Positions 46,278 to 55,896 of a stretch of 64,000 bases of DNA are shown here, piece after piece. Within the stretch, counting starts at the first letter, position 1. Every line of letters begins with the position of its first letter. The position numbers and the translations under genes are program-made. This DNA is from Bacteroidales bacterium (GTDB taxonomy: Bacteria > Bacteroidota > Bacteroidia > Bacteroidales > UBA5342). Under the pieces are notes generated by a model, which was not told the DNA's origin, searched no databases, and saw nothing but the letters and a program-made list of their open reading frames with translations. The stretch lies in contig CBFIII010000001.1 in the NCBI GenBank assembly GCA_965662645.1, positions 175,750 through 239,749 of the forward strand. Reading direction: 5' to 3'.

Positions 46278-46931
46278 TTACAAATTGCCCAAGTCCTTAA
46301 TGGTTTCTATTGGATCTTTGGCTTTAAATACAAAGCTGCCTGCTACTAGAGCATCTGCCCCTGCATCTACTAATCTTTTGCCCGTTTCTAAGTTGACGCC
46401 ACCATCTATTTCAATGAGGGTATTACAGCCTTTGCGTTGTATCATTGCTTTCAAACGTTTTGTTTTATCTATCGTATTTTCTATGAATGATTGACCACCA
46501 AAACCAGGGTTGACAGACATTAATAGAACCATATCTAATTCGGGTAGAATATCTTCTAACAGTTCTACAGGTGTGTGAGGGTTTAACGTCACAGCTGCTT
46601 TCATTCCTGTCTTTTTGATGCCTTGAATGACACGGTGTAGATGTGGACATGCTTCATAATGTACATTCATCATATAAACACCTAAATCAGCTAAACGTTG
46701 TGTGAATTTTTCAGGTTTTACAATCATTAAGTGGACATCCAATTTTTTGGTGCTGAGCTGTGCAATGCTTTCTATTACAGGGAATCCAAAAGATATATTT
46801 TCTACAAAAACACCATCCATGATATCGAGATGTACCCATTCAGCTTCGCTAGCATTTATCATTTCAATATCTTTGTCTAAATGGGCAAAATTAGCTGAAA
46901 GAACGGATGGTGATACAATAGTATGTGACAT
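46278..46931 (-). CDS. rpe: ribulose-phosphate 3-epimerase
   Basis: SxLSANF..L......HxDxMDGxFV.N..FG, DVHLM, MSVNPGFGGQ.F, IEIDGG. Confidence 0.95.
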   Translation of the reverse strand: MSHTIVSPSVLSANFAHLDKDIEMINASEAEWVHLDIMDGVFVENISFGFPVIESIAQLSTKKLDVHLMIVKPEKFTQRLADLGVYMMNVHYEACPHLHRVIQGIKKTGMKAAVTLNPHTPVELLEDILPELDMVLLMSVNPGFGGQSFIENTIDKTKRLKAMIQRKGCNTLIEIDGGVNLETGKRLVDAGADALVAGSFVFKAKDPIETIKDLGNL

Positions 46932-47030
46932 AATGTTTTAGTGTGTTAATCTTTAAGTTATCTTGAGTCTTTTAAGTTGAAAAGGAATAATGTCTTTTTT
47001 TAACTTTTCTCGTTTAATATTTCGCTTTTT

Positions 47031-47906
47031 TTATTTGTAAATGGCTTTTTTACCGGCTAATAGCGTATTGCTTAGTAAAGAGACGATAGTCATAGGGCCT
47101 ACTCCACCAGGAACAGGAGTGATAAAACTACATTTTGGTGCTACTTCGTCAAATTTAACATCACCTTTTAAGCGCCATCCTGATTTTGTTTCGGTAGAAG
47201 GAATACGAGTGGTACCTACGTCAATGACAGTGGCGCCTTCTTTCACCATATCTGCGGTTACAAATTCGGGAGAACCAATAGCTGCAATTAAAATATCAGC
47301 ATTAGCACATACTTCTTTTAAATTCTGTGTGCGGCTATGTGCTACGGTTACTGTACAATTCATATCTTTTTGCGACATTAAAATACTCATAGGGCGACCT
47401 ACGATATTGCTTCGTCCTAGAACAACGCAATTTTTTCCGCTAGTTTCTACTTTGTAGCGTTTTAATAATTGTGTGATGCCGTAAGGTGTTGCTGACACAA
47501 AAGTAGGAAGTCCTACAACTAATCGGCCTACATTAACGGGGTGAAAGCCATCAACATCTTTTTTAGGATCAATGGCTTCTATTATCTTGGATTCAGAAAT
47601 GTGCTTGGGAAGTGGTAGTTGTACAATGAACCCATCAACGTCATCATCTTTATTTAAATCATCAACGATTTTGAGAAGTTCTTCTTCTGTGGTGTTCTCA
47701 TCTCCTTTGACCAAAGAGGATTTGAAGCCTACTGCTTCGCATGCTTTTACTTTGGCATTTACATAGGTGATACTACCGCCATCGCTGCCTATTAATACTG
47801 CTGCTAAATGTGGACGTTTGCCGCCTGCTGCTATAATGGATTTAACTTCTTCAGCTATTTCAGCTTTGATCTCTTGTGATGTTTTCTTTCCGTCGATTAA
47901 TTGCAT
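47031..47906 (-). CDS. folD: bifunctional methylenetetrahydrofolate dehydrogenase / methenyl-THF cyclohydrolase
   Basis: PxLAxVLxG, YV..K.KAC...[30 protein letters not shown] and PGGVGPMT motifs. Confidence 0.95.
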   Translation of the reverse strand: MQLIDGKKTSQEIKAEIAEEVKSIIAAGGKRPHLAAVLIGSDGGSITYVNAKVKACEAVGFKSSLVKGDENTTEEELLKIVDDLNKDDDVDGFIVQLPLPKHISESKIIEAIDPKKDVDGFHPVNVGRLVVGLPTFVSATPYGITQLLKRYKVETSGKNCVVLGRSNIVGRPMSILMSQKDMNCTVTVAHSRTQNLKEVCANADILIAAIGSPEFVTADMVKEGATVIDVGTTRIPSTETKSGWRLKGDVKFDEVAPKCSFITPVPGGVGPMTIVSLLSNTLLAGKKAIYK

Positions 47907-47997
47907 TGTAGTATAAATTAATGGAATTGTTTTTCTAGTTGAGACAAGATATTATCTTGTTTTTTTCCTTTCAAAAATTGGGATATTACTCATGTCT

Positions 47998-49335
47998 TTA
48001 TCTTCTTCGTTGGCGTCCCATACCTGCCATCATGTTGTTCATGTTTTTACCTTGAGCAACCATACGCATTACTTTACGCGTTTCATCAAATTGTTTTAGC
48101 AAACGATTGATTTCTTGAACCGATGTTCCGCTACCATCTGCAATACGTTTGCGTCGTGTGCCGTTTATGAGTTTAGGATTTTCTCTTTCTACGGGTGTCA
48201 TAGAATAGATGATGGCTTCTATCGATTTAAAAGCGTCATCGTCAATATCCATATTCTTAATCGCTTTTCCCATTCCAGGAATCATACCAGCCAAATCTTT
48301 CAGGTTACCCATCTTTTTGATTTGCTGTATTTGTTTTAAGAAATCATTGAAGTTGAATTCATTTTTGGCTAATTTCTTTTGTAGTTTTCGAGCTTCATCT
48401 TCGTCATATTGTTCTTGTGCTTTTTCTACTAAAGAAACAATATCACCCATACCCAGAATACGATCGGCCATACGACTAGGGTGGAAGACGTCTAGAGCAT
48501 CCATCTTTTCTCCTGTACCTACAAACTTAATGGGTTTGTCAACGACAGAACGTATAGAAAGAGCTGCTCCACCACGGGTATCACCATCTAACTTAGTTAG
48601 GATGACCCCATCAAAATTTAAGCGGTCGTTAAATTCTTTTGCGGTGTTGACGGCATCTTGACCTGTCATGGAATCTACTACGAATAGTGTTTCTTGAGGA
48701 TTTGTCGCTTTTTTGATTGCTTCAATCTCCTTCATCATCTCTTCGTCAATAGCTAAACGACCTGCGGTATCAATAATGATAAGGTCGTGACCATTTTGCT
48801 TTGCAAATTTAAGTCCTGCTTTCGCAATGGCGATGGGATCCTGATTGCCTACTTCTGCATATACGGGAACGCCTATTTGTTCTCCTAATACTTTAAGCTG
48901 ATCAATAGCGGCTGGTCTATAAACGTCACAGGCTACAAGCAAAGGATTTTTTCCTCGCTTAGAACGTAACATATTGGCTAATTTACCCGCAAAAGTTGTT
49001 TTACCCGAACCTTGAAGACCGGACATTAAGATGATAGATGGTTTTTCTGAAATGTTAATGTCTGTTGTTTCTCCTCCCATCAATATGGCTAGCTCGTCGT
49101 GAACGATCTTAACCATCATTTGGCTTGGTTTTACAGCATTAAGGACGTCTTGTCCCATCGCTTTTTCTTTAACACTTACAGTAAAAGTCTTTGCTGTTTT
49201 GTAGTTAACATCGGCATCAAGTAGTGCGCGTCTGACTTCTTTCAGTGTTTCAGCAATATTGATTTCAGTTATCCTTCCTTGCCCTTTGATGAGCTTCAGC
49301 GAATGTTCTAACTTTTCGGATAAATTTTCAAACAT
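47998..49335 (-). CDS. ffh: signal recognition particle protein
   Basis: N domain, G domain ([27 protein letters not shown]) and a Met-rich M domain at the C-terminus. Confidence 0.95.
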   Translation of the reverse strand: MFENLSEKLEHSLKLIKGQGRITEINIAETLKEVRRALLDADVNYKTAKTFTVSVKEKAMGQDVLNAVKPSQMMVKIVHDELAILMGGETTDINISEKPSIILMSGLQGSGKTTFAGKLANMLRSKRGKNPLLVACDVYRPAAIDQLKVLGEQIGVPVYAEVGNQDPIAIAKAGLKFAKQNGHDLIIIDTAGRLAIDEEMMKEIEAIKKATNPQETLFVVDSMTGQDAVNTAKEFNDRLNFDGVILTKLDGDTRGGAALSIRSVVDKPIKFVGTGEKMDALDVFHPSRMADRILGMGDIVSLVEKAQEQYDEDEARKLQKKLAKNEFNFNDFLKQIQQIKKMGNLKDLAGMIPGMGKAIKNMDIDDDAFKSIEAIIYSMTPVERENPKLINGTRRKRIADGSGTSVQEINRLLKQFDETRKVMRMVAQGKNMNNMMAGMGRQRRR

Positions 49336-49371
49336 ATTTTTGGTGTTAATTAGCGTCGTTTATAAAGATCG

Positions 49372-49379
49372 CAAATTTA
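49372..49379 (-). promoter_or_regulatory. candidate -7 box (TAAATTTG on the minus strand) for ffh
   Basis: Lies 37 nt upstream of the ffh ATG (49335). Confidence 0.35.
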
Positions 49380-49611
49380 CACATTAACCCGCTAATGCCC
49401 AAAACAAGGGGCTTATTTCATTGTTTCTGAAATTAGGGATCGGAAAGTGTTGATAGTCTTTCATTTAGAAGGTTTGTAGCTGTCGTTTTGAAGGAGAAAG
49501 GATGTCTATTTTTCCTTGTCGTAATGTGTTTTTTCTATTTTAAAACGTGTTGCTTTAAAACCTTTATGTGTTAGTGATGAAAGGAAGCTTTGTGCTCTTA
49601 GTATAATTTGT

Positions 49612-49619
49612 TACGTTTG
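49612..49619 (+). promoter_or_regulatory. candidate -7 box (TACGTTTG) for the ABC-ATPase/SHOCT/ATP-grasp-like operon
   Basis: Lies 30 nt upstream of the ATG at 49649. Confidence 0.35.
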
Positions 49620-49648
49620 CAATGACGAATGTTATAAAAAAGTAAAGG

Positions 49649-50548
49649 ATGATTTCAGCATTTGAAATATGTAAGAGTTTTGGTGCTCAAAAGGTATTGG
49701 ATAAAGTCAGTTTTGAAGTGAGACGTGGTGAGGTTTTAGGTTTGTTGGGACCAAATGGTGCGGGCAAATCGACTTTGATAAAAATACTTAATGGTTATTG
49801 GGCTGCAGATGAGGGAGAAGTCTTAATTTGTGATGAAAAGATGCACGTTAATTGTCCTGAATTACAACATTTTATTGGTTATTTGCCAGAACGTAATCCT
49901 CTTAATCCTGAGATGTACGTTATGGAGTATCTCCATTATGTAGCTGGAATTTACGGTGTTGATAAATCAGTTATTGCTCCTATTGTTGAGAGCGTTGGTT
50001 TAGCATCTGAACAGCATAAGAAAATAGGTCAGTTGTCTAAAGGTTATCGTCAGCGTGTAGGATTAGCGCAAGCTTTAATTCCCGATCCTGAAGTCCTTAT
50101 ATTGGATGAACCAACAACGGGTTTAGATCCCAATCAAATCATTGAGGTGCGCGAATTGATTCGTGAAATTGCGAAGAATAAAACAGTTTTGCTTTCTACT
50201 CATATTATGCAGGAAGTAAAATCGGTTTGTGATAGGGTGCTGATTATAAATAAAGGAAAAGTAGTGGCTGATGATAGTGTTGAAAATATTTTAACTTTGT
50301 CAGCAGCTACGCAACAGATAGAATTGGAATTGTTGCAGGATGTAGAAGCGTCTGATTTACAAGATGCCACTTTGCCTGTAACTAAGGTGTCTGTTGTTGG
50401 TGAACGCAAATTTTTACTCGATGTGGATACGGCTACTGATGTACGACAGTCCATTGCGGAATATGTTGCAGCAAAGGGCTGGACGGTATTGATGATGAAG
50501 CGTCGAGAATCTGATTTAGAAGATGTCTTTTCAAAATTGACCCATTAA
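49649..50548 (+). CDS. ABC transporter ATP-binding protein, ABC-2/GldA-like, with no cognate permease gene nearby
   Basis: Walker A GPNGAGKST, signature LSKGYRQR, Walker B ILDEPTTGLD. The 299-aa size and C-terminal domain resemble the gliding-motility GldA subfamily. Which subfamily it belongs to is unconfirmed. Confidence 0.8.
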   Translation: MISAFEICKSFGAQKVLDKVSFEVRRGEVLGLLGPNGAGKSTLIKILNGYWAADEGEVLICDEKMHVNCPELQHFIGYLPERNPLNPEMYVMEYLHYVAGIYGVDKSVIAPIVESVGLASEQHKKIGQLSKGYRQRVGLAQALIPDPEVLILDEPTTGLDPNQIIEVRELIREIAKNKTVLLSTHIMQEVKSVCDRVLIINKGKVVADDSVENILTLSAATQQIELELLQDVEASDLQDATLPVTKVSVVGERKFLLDVDTATDVRQSIAEYVAAKGWTVLMMKRRESDLEDVFSKLTH

Positions 50549-50561
50549 TAAATATAATGTT

Positions 50562-51044
50562 ATGTACGAAGATTTAGAACGTTTAAATGCCTTGAAAGAA
50601 AAGGGAGCTATTACTGAAGAGGAATACCAAAAAGAAAAGAAACGTTTGTTGGATAATCTGAATAATACAGAGAACTCGACGTATAAGGCGACTTCAGCGT
50701 CTAAATTATGGGGCTTAAATGAAAAGGGTTATTGTACCTTGATGCATATTTCTCAATTTGCTGGTATGTTGATACCTGTAGGTGGTTTTGTATTGCCCAT
50801 TGTTATGTGGCTGATGGGTAAGGAGGATTCGGCTATGGTTGATAAACAGGGGCGTGCTGTTATCAATTGGATGATATCTTTACTTATTTATCTGGCTGTT
50901 AGCGGTGTGTTGTGCATTATTGCTATTGGCATTCCTTTGTTAATTGTGTTGGGTGTTCTGAATGTTGTTTTTATCGTAAAAGGAGCTGTGAAAGCTAATG
51001 AAGGTGAATATTGGGAATACCCTATGACTATTCATTTTCTATAA
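50562..51044 (+). CDS. membrane protein: N-terminal SHOCT-like helix + DUF4870-like TM domain
   Basis: LERLNALKEKGAITEEEYQKEKKRLL matches the SHOCT pattern. The C-terminal part has 3-4 TM helices with the H-x-...-QGRxxINW pattern remembered for DUF4870. It starts 13 nt after the ATPase gene. Confidence 0.55.
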   Translation: MYEDLERLNALKEKGAITEEEYQKEKKRLLDNLNNTENSTYKATSASKLWGLNEKGYCTLMHISQFAGMLIPVGGFVLPIVMWLMGKEDSAMVDKQGRAVINWMISLLIYLAVSGVLCIIAIGIPLLIVLGVLNVVFIVKGAVKANEGEYWEYPMTIHFL

Positions 51045-51051
51045 CTTATTT

Positions 51052-52218
51052 ATGAAAGTGCATCTTTTTAATCCTACATGTGAGATGGAGGTAGCTAATG
51101 GCGTAGCGAGTTATACACCGCCAGCTTACTTACAACAGATGGCTAAGGATTTGGAAGTGTTGCCTGCTCTTTATGCTTCGCAGGACGATATGGTTCTGGT
51201 TTGTCGTTTGCCCGAAAAATCGCTCTTAGATAGATGGCATAAAGCTGGATTTTATTTCCGTAATTTTTGTTTAATTTCTGAGCAGAATTCTCAATCTACT
51301 TATGAACCTCAACCTTGGGGTTGGAGTCCTGCTGTTGCCCGTAAATTGAAACCTTGGGGTGCCGAGTGGAACCCTGCTTTGCTTCCTTTTTTTCACCGTT
51401 CATTTGCATTAAAGATATTACGTCTTTTGATGGAAAAGAAGCTCAGCAATATTCTTCCCTTTGATGATTTGCCCCTAGCGACAAAAGCGATGAGTGATGT
51501 TGAAAACCTGTTGACTGAGCGTGGAAAACTTGTTATTAAAGCGCCACTGAGTAGTGCAGGCCGAGGTGTTCAGATATTGCGTAATGAACAATTAAATGTT
51601 AGTATCTTTAATAAAACACGCAGTATTATTCGTCAGCAAGGTGCAGTGATGCTGGAATCGTTGCTTGATAAACAGTCCGACTTTGCTTATGAGTTTTATA
51701 TCACAAAGGGACAGATTTCTTTTGTGGGTTATTCTTCTTTTGACGTTAATGATAAAGGTCAATATGATTATCATCGCTTTCCTTTTTTATCATCGTACTT
51801 TTCTGAAGCAGGTCGTGTATTGTGGGATTGTGGAACTATAAATGCGGTAAAAGATGAGTTGTTGAATGTATTGCAAGACTCTGGCATTTGTGATTTTTAT
51901 TCTGGCTATTTGGGCGTTGATGCTATGATTTATAAAGCGGAGACTGGCGAAATGCGTTTGCAGCCTTGTGTGGAAATTAATTTACGCTATAATATGGGTA
52001 TTGTGGCTTTGTTCTTAGAGTCTCACTTAGAACAAGGGAGTTCCGGTATTTTTAATATTGTGCCCAAACAAGATGTCAATTTTTCTATTTTTGATCTTGA
52101 AATGCAAAGTAAATATCCTCTTGTTGTAAATGATGGGCATATTATTTCAGGTTATTTGCCTTTAACTCCACCCCAGGAGGAGGCTCAATCTTTAGCTTAT
52201 ATTCTTGTGAGTTGTTAG
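51052..52218 (+). CDS. hypothetical protein, possibly ATP-grasp fold
   Basis: 388 aa. LVIKAPLSSAGRGVQIL resembles the ATP-grasp phosphate-binding strand-loop, and GYLGVDAMIY...LQPCVEINLRYNMG resembles the C-terminal Mg-ATP segment (E-x-N). It starts 7 nt after the previous gene. The fold assignment is inference only. Confidence 0.4.
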   Translation: MKVHLFNPTCEMEVANGVASYTPPAYLQQMAKDLEVLPALYASQDDMVLVCRLPEKSLLDRWHKAGFYFRNFCLISEQNSQSTYEPQPWGWSPAVARKLKPWGAEWNPALLPFFHRSFALKILRLLMEKKLSNILPFDDLPLATKAMSDVENLLTERGKLVIKAPLSSAGRGVQILRNEQLNVSIFNKTRSIIRQQGAVMLESLLDKQSDFAYEFYITKGQISFVGYSSFDVNDKGQYDYHRFPFLSSYFSEAGRVLWDCGTINAVKDELLNVLQDSGICDFYSGYLGVDAMIYKAETGEMRLQPCVEINLRYNMGIVALFLESHLEQGSSGIFNIVPKQDVNFSIFDLEMQSKYPLVVNDGHIISGYLPLTPPQEEAQSLAYILVSC

Positions 52219-52303
52219 ATCTCGTTTCTCTTTTTTTATATAATTCGCATTTTTTTAGAATATTTTTTCTGTTCATTCGTCTTTATAACTGTAAGTATAA
52301 ATT

Positions 52304-52858
52304 GTGGAAGAAAAAGAACACTATATAGAGCAGGTTTTTGAGCAGGAACAGCAACGTTTAACGGGTTTTGTTAAACGGCGTGTGGGGTCGCTAGAGGATG
52401 CTGAAGATATTGTTCAGGATGTGTTTGTGAGTTTGACTTCAGGATTTGATGATATCTCAGATTTGCGAAAATCTATTTCGTGGCTTTATACGGTAGCTAA
52501 AAATAGAATTGTTGATTTCTTACGTAAGAAAAAGACGTATTCTGTAGAAGATCAAAAGAAAGCTGTGGGCGAAGATGGTGAGTCTCTTTCTATGTTAGAT
52601 CTTATTCCATCTTTGGAAGAATTGCCTGATAGTCAGATGATGCAGGATTTGATTTGGCAACAAATACAGTTAAGTTTAAATCAACTTCCTAAAGAACAAA
52701 GAGACGTCTTTGTTTGGCACGAATTAGAAGGGAAGAGTTTTGCAATTATTTCTGAAATTACTGGAATTTCTGTCAATACATTGCTGAGTAGAAAGCGTTA
52801 TGCAGTGGTATTTTTAAGAGAAGAATTGAAAGATTTATTTGAAATTATTAAAGCGTAA
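52304..52858 (+). CDS. ECF-type RNA polymerase sigma-70 family factor
   Basis: Sigma-2 region (AEDIVQDVFV...WLYTVAKNRIVDFLRKK) and sigma-4 HTH (LPKEQRDVFVWHELEGKSFAIISEITGISVNTLLSR). The start is GTG. Confidence 0.85.
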   Translation: MEEKEHYIEQVFEQEQQRLTGFVKRRVGSLEDAEDIVQDVFVSLTSGFDDISDLRKSISWLYTVAKNRIVDFLRKKKTYSVEDQKKAVGEDGESLSMLDLIPSLEELPDSQMMQDLIWQQIQLSLNQLPKEQRDVFVWHELEGKSFAIISEITGISVNTLLSRKRYAVVFLREELKDLFEIIKA

Positions 52859-52885
52859 TTGTTTTACGTATAATATGTTATTGTT

Positions 52886-53215
52886 ATGAAAAAATATTCT
52901 AAAGGAGTTTTTATATTAAAAGCGATTGTTTTTGGAACCTTCGTTTTAGTGGTGTTTACCTTTGCAGTTATGTTCTTGTGGAATTGGTTGATGCCTGCTA
53001 TCTTCGGATTGGGAATCATTACTTTTTGGCAGTCGTTAGGATTGATGGTATTGTCCAAAATTCTGTTTAGTGGTGGACATCCTACTCGTAATTGGCACGA
53101 TAGAGAGAAGTTAAAAGTGCAGAAGGAGAATTTTAGTGAGAGATTCCGTCACGTACACGCAAGGTATCATACTAAAATGCAGAATGTTGAAAATAATGAA
53201 GCTCCTGAGGAGTAG
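52886..53215 (+). CDS. small two-TM membrane protein with a basic/His-rich cytoplasmic tail (candidate partner of the ECF sigma)
   Basis: 109-aa ORF 27 nt downstream of the sigma gene. It has two hydrophobic helices and no recognisable zf-HC2 anti-sigma motif. Confidence 0.45.
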   Translation: MKKYSKGVFILKAIVFGTFVLVVFTFAVMFLWNWLMPAIFGLGIITFWQSLGLMVLSKILFSGGHPTRNWHDREKLKVQKENFSERFRHVHARYHTKMQNVENNEAPEE

Positions 53216-53490
53216 CTTTGTTACATCTGAACTAGTACAAGTCAATACTAGTGCTTGTGCTGGTTGTGGTACTTGTGTACAAGTGTGTCCGCTTGGTGTG
53301 TTTGAAAATGGTCTCTATAGGTGAAGAGGAGTTTAGGACGTTGCCATTATTAGGAAAGATAAAGGTGCGACTTAGGGGAAATACCAAATCTTTTGTGCTT
53401 ATGCCGCAAGCTTGTATTAGTTGTGGTAGATGTGCTACTCTGTGTCATCAACGTGCAATCACAGTACAGAAAAGAAAGGGTACATCTTAG
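53196..53490 (+). pseudogene. 2x[4Fe-4S] ferredoxin-like gene interrupted by a frameshift
   Basis: Frame 0 encodes MKLLRSS...CAGCGTCVQVCPLGVFENGLYR and stops at 53322-53324. The +1 frame, open from 53251, encodes VSIGEEEF...CISCGRCATLCHQRAI to 53490. Both cluster motifs are needed for a normal dicluster ferredoxin. Confidence 0.55.
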
Positions 53491-53593
53491 TTTATATTTA
53501 TTATTTAATTTTCCTGTGTATTACAGATGAGATTTTATGTTTCAAATTAGAAATTATGTCTTATGTGATTTTTACGAGATAGTTTTAACTGAA

Positions 53594-53627
53594 AACGGAG
53601 AGACTTTCTAGCCTCTCCGTTTTTTTA
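53594..53627 (+). terminator. rho-independent terminator after the ferredoxin-like gene
   Basis: AACGGAGAG..loop..CTCTCCGTT followed by T7. Confidence 0.75.
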
Positions 53628-53645
53628 TAGTTACAAATGATACGT

Positions 53646-55172
53646 TTAATGTATGCCTTTCATCATTTTATTTAATTTAGGAGCTATTGCAAAAGCAACG
53701 CCTGCTAAGATAATAGAATATATAGCTATGAAATAGAAGGTCGGAAGACCTAACCAAGCACAAATAGCGGTCATTGCTGCGGCTAAGTAATTTCCTAAAG
53801 CAATAGATGCAAACCAAGTTCCCATCATTACTGAAGTTATTTTTGGAGGCGAAAGTTTTGTAATCATTGATAAGCCTACAGGAGACATACATAATTCCCC
53901 CATAGTGTGTAATAGATATACAAATACTAACCATAACGGACTAATGAGACCTGTTGATGCGTGATCGTTTGCTATGCCAATAATTAAGAAACCCAAAGAT
54001 AAAAAGACTAATGAGATTCCGAATTTATTAGGGGTTCTTGGATTCAGCTTTTTCTGAGCTAACTTGTCCCATATGATGGTGAAAACAGGAGCTAATAAAA
54101 CAATAAATAGTGCATTAATAGATTGAAACCAAGATGCTGGTATTTCAAATCCAAAAACGACTCTATCAGTTACTTCTTTTGCAAAAGTATTGAAAGAGGT
54201 TCCTGCTTGTTCAAAGCCAGACCAAAATGCAATATTAAAGAATGCTAATACAAAGATTACAGAAACACGACTCCATTCTGTTTTGCCTTTAGTGTTGGTA
54301 AATATAGTATAGCCTAGATAAACAAATCCGATGATAGCAGACGTTATAGCAATTATTTTTGTGATAATACTTGGTATAGATAATATACCATATACGAGAA
54401 CTAGGATACCAGCACTTATGCCAAGGGCATACATGACTATTTTTCCCCAATCGGTGGAGTTTAATCGTTTTTTTAGTTTACCGTCATCTTTTGGACGTAG
54501 TCCTATGTTATATCCTGTTCCTCTTTGGTGTACGGATGTTTCACGCCAGAAAAACCAAACAATAGAGGCTATCATACCTAAACCTGCTGCAATAAAACCC
54601 CAATGCCAGCCTACTTTTTCGGCAAGAGTACCGCCAATGAAATTAGTGACTAAGGCGCCCAGGTTAATTCCCATATAAAAAATGGTGAAACCATTGTCTC
54701 GTTCATTGTCGCCTTCTGGATACAAACCTCCAACCATAGTTGAGATAACGGGTTTAAAGAAACCATTACCTAAGATCAAAAGTCCTAATCCTGCAAAGAG
54801 AGCAAATTGTTGAATAAAATGCATTTCTCCAGTATGATTTATCATTCCATAATATGAACCAAAGGCCATGGTGAATTGTCCTAATGCCATCATCAGCGCT
54901 CCTACATAAATGGAAAAACGTTGTCCCCATAGTTTATCGGCGATGATACCGCCTGCAATAGGAGTTAGGTAAACTAAAGAAGTGAATAGCCCATATATGG
55001 CATACGATGCTGTTTTGTCTAAGCCAAAACCTCCAGTGGCTAATTCTCCTGTTAAAAAGAGAACAAAGAATCCTCTCATGCCATAATAGCTGAAACGCTC
55101 CCAGAATTCTGTTGCAAACAATGTGGACAGTCCTATCGGATGGCCAAAAAATCCTTTATCTTGATTGCTCAT
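53646..55172 (-). CDS. proton-dependent oligopeptide transporter (POT/PTR2 family, DtpT-like)
   Basis: FWERFSYYGMR and GGxxADxxxG PTR2 signatures; 508 aa with about 14 TM helices. Confidence 0.9.
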   Translation of the reverse strand: MSNQDKGFFGHPIGLSTLFATEFWERFSYYGMRGFFVLFLTGELATGGFGLDKTASYAIYGLFTSLVYLTPIAGGIIADKLWGQRFSIYVGALMMALGQFTMAFGSYYGMINHTGEMHFIQQFALFAGLGLLILGNGFFKPVISTMVGGLYPEGDNERDNGFTIFYMGINLGALVTNFIGGTLAEKVGWHWGFIAAGLGMIASIVWFFWRETSVHQRGTGYNIGLRPKDDGKLKKRLNSTDWGKIVMYALGISAGILVLVYGILSIPSIITKIIAITSAIIGFVYLGYTIFTNTKGKTEWSRVSVIFVLAFFNIAFWSGFEQAGTSFNTFAKEVTDRVVFGFEIPASWFQSINALFIVLLAPVFTIIWDKLAQKKLNPRTPNKFGISLVFLSLGFLIIGIANDHASTGLISPLWLVFVYLLHTMGELCMSPVGLSMITKLSPPKITSVMMGTWFASIALGNYLAAAMTAICAWLGLPTFYFIAIYSIILAGVAFAIAPKLNKMMKGIH

Positions 55173-55284
55173 ATTACGTAGTTGAAATTTATAAGTCTAT
55201 TTTTTATCCCTTTTGGAAAGGGGTTAATTGTACTTTTATTTGTTGATAGCAGACAAAAATAGGGAATGTAAACCGAACGCCCAA

Positions 55285-55896
55285 TTATTTTTTAAAAAGG
55301 TCTAGCGAAAGTTGTGCATCGCCAAGTAAATTAAAGCTTTTGCGGTGATGTATGGTGATGCCTGTCTCTTTTATGGCTTGTCGGTGTTTTTTTGTTGGAT
55401 AGCCTTTGTTCTTTTTCCATTCGTATTGCGGAAATTTTTTATCCAGTTCTGTCATCAAGTCATCACGATACGTTTTGGCTAAGATAGAAGCGGCGGCTAT
55501 GGATAAATATTTTCCATCTCCTTTTACTACTGTTTGGTGAGGAATGTCTTTGTACGGTTTGAATTTATTGCCATCTACAATGACGTGTTCTGGTTGTGGA
55601 TCCAGTTTTTCTAATGCTTTATGCATCCCTAAGACGGAAGCCCAAAGTATGTTTATCTCGTCAATTTTTTCTGGTGAAATGTAGGCTACTTTATAACTAA
55701 TGGCTTCTTTTTCGATGATTTCACGTAGGGCATAGCGTTTTTTCTCTGTCAGTTTTTTGGAATCATCTAAGAGCTCATTCTCAAAATCGGCAGGTAATAT
55801 AACTGCTGCAGCTACTACTGGTCCTGCTAGGCAGCCGCGTCCTGCCTCGTCACATCCTGCTTCAATCACTCCTTTCTTAAAATATTGTTTTAGCAT
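55285..55896 (-). CDS. rnhB: ribonuclease HII
   Basis: GCDEAGRGCLAGPVV, DSKKL, SIAAASILAK and GYP motifs; 203 aa. Confidence 0.95.
   Translation of the reverse strand: MLKQYFKKGVIEAGCDEAGRGCLAGPVVAAAVILPADFENELLDDSKKLTEKKRYALREIIEKEAISYKVAYISPEKIDEINILWASVLGMHKALEKLDPQPEHVIVDGNKFKPYKDIPHQTVVKGDGKYLSIAAASILAKTYRDDLMTELDKKFPQYEWKKNKGYPTKKHRQAIKETGITIHHRKSFNLLGDAQLSLDLFKK

Noticed and set aside
53308-53324. Programmed +1 ribosomal frameshift in the ferredoxin-like gene at TAT-AGG-TGA
   Set aside because: P-site tRNA re-pairing in the +1 frame (TAT to ATA) is poor and I see no stimulatory element. A simple indel, real or a sequencing error, is the more economical explanation.
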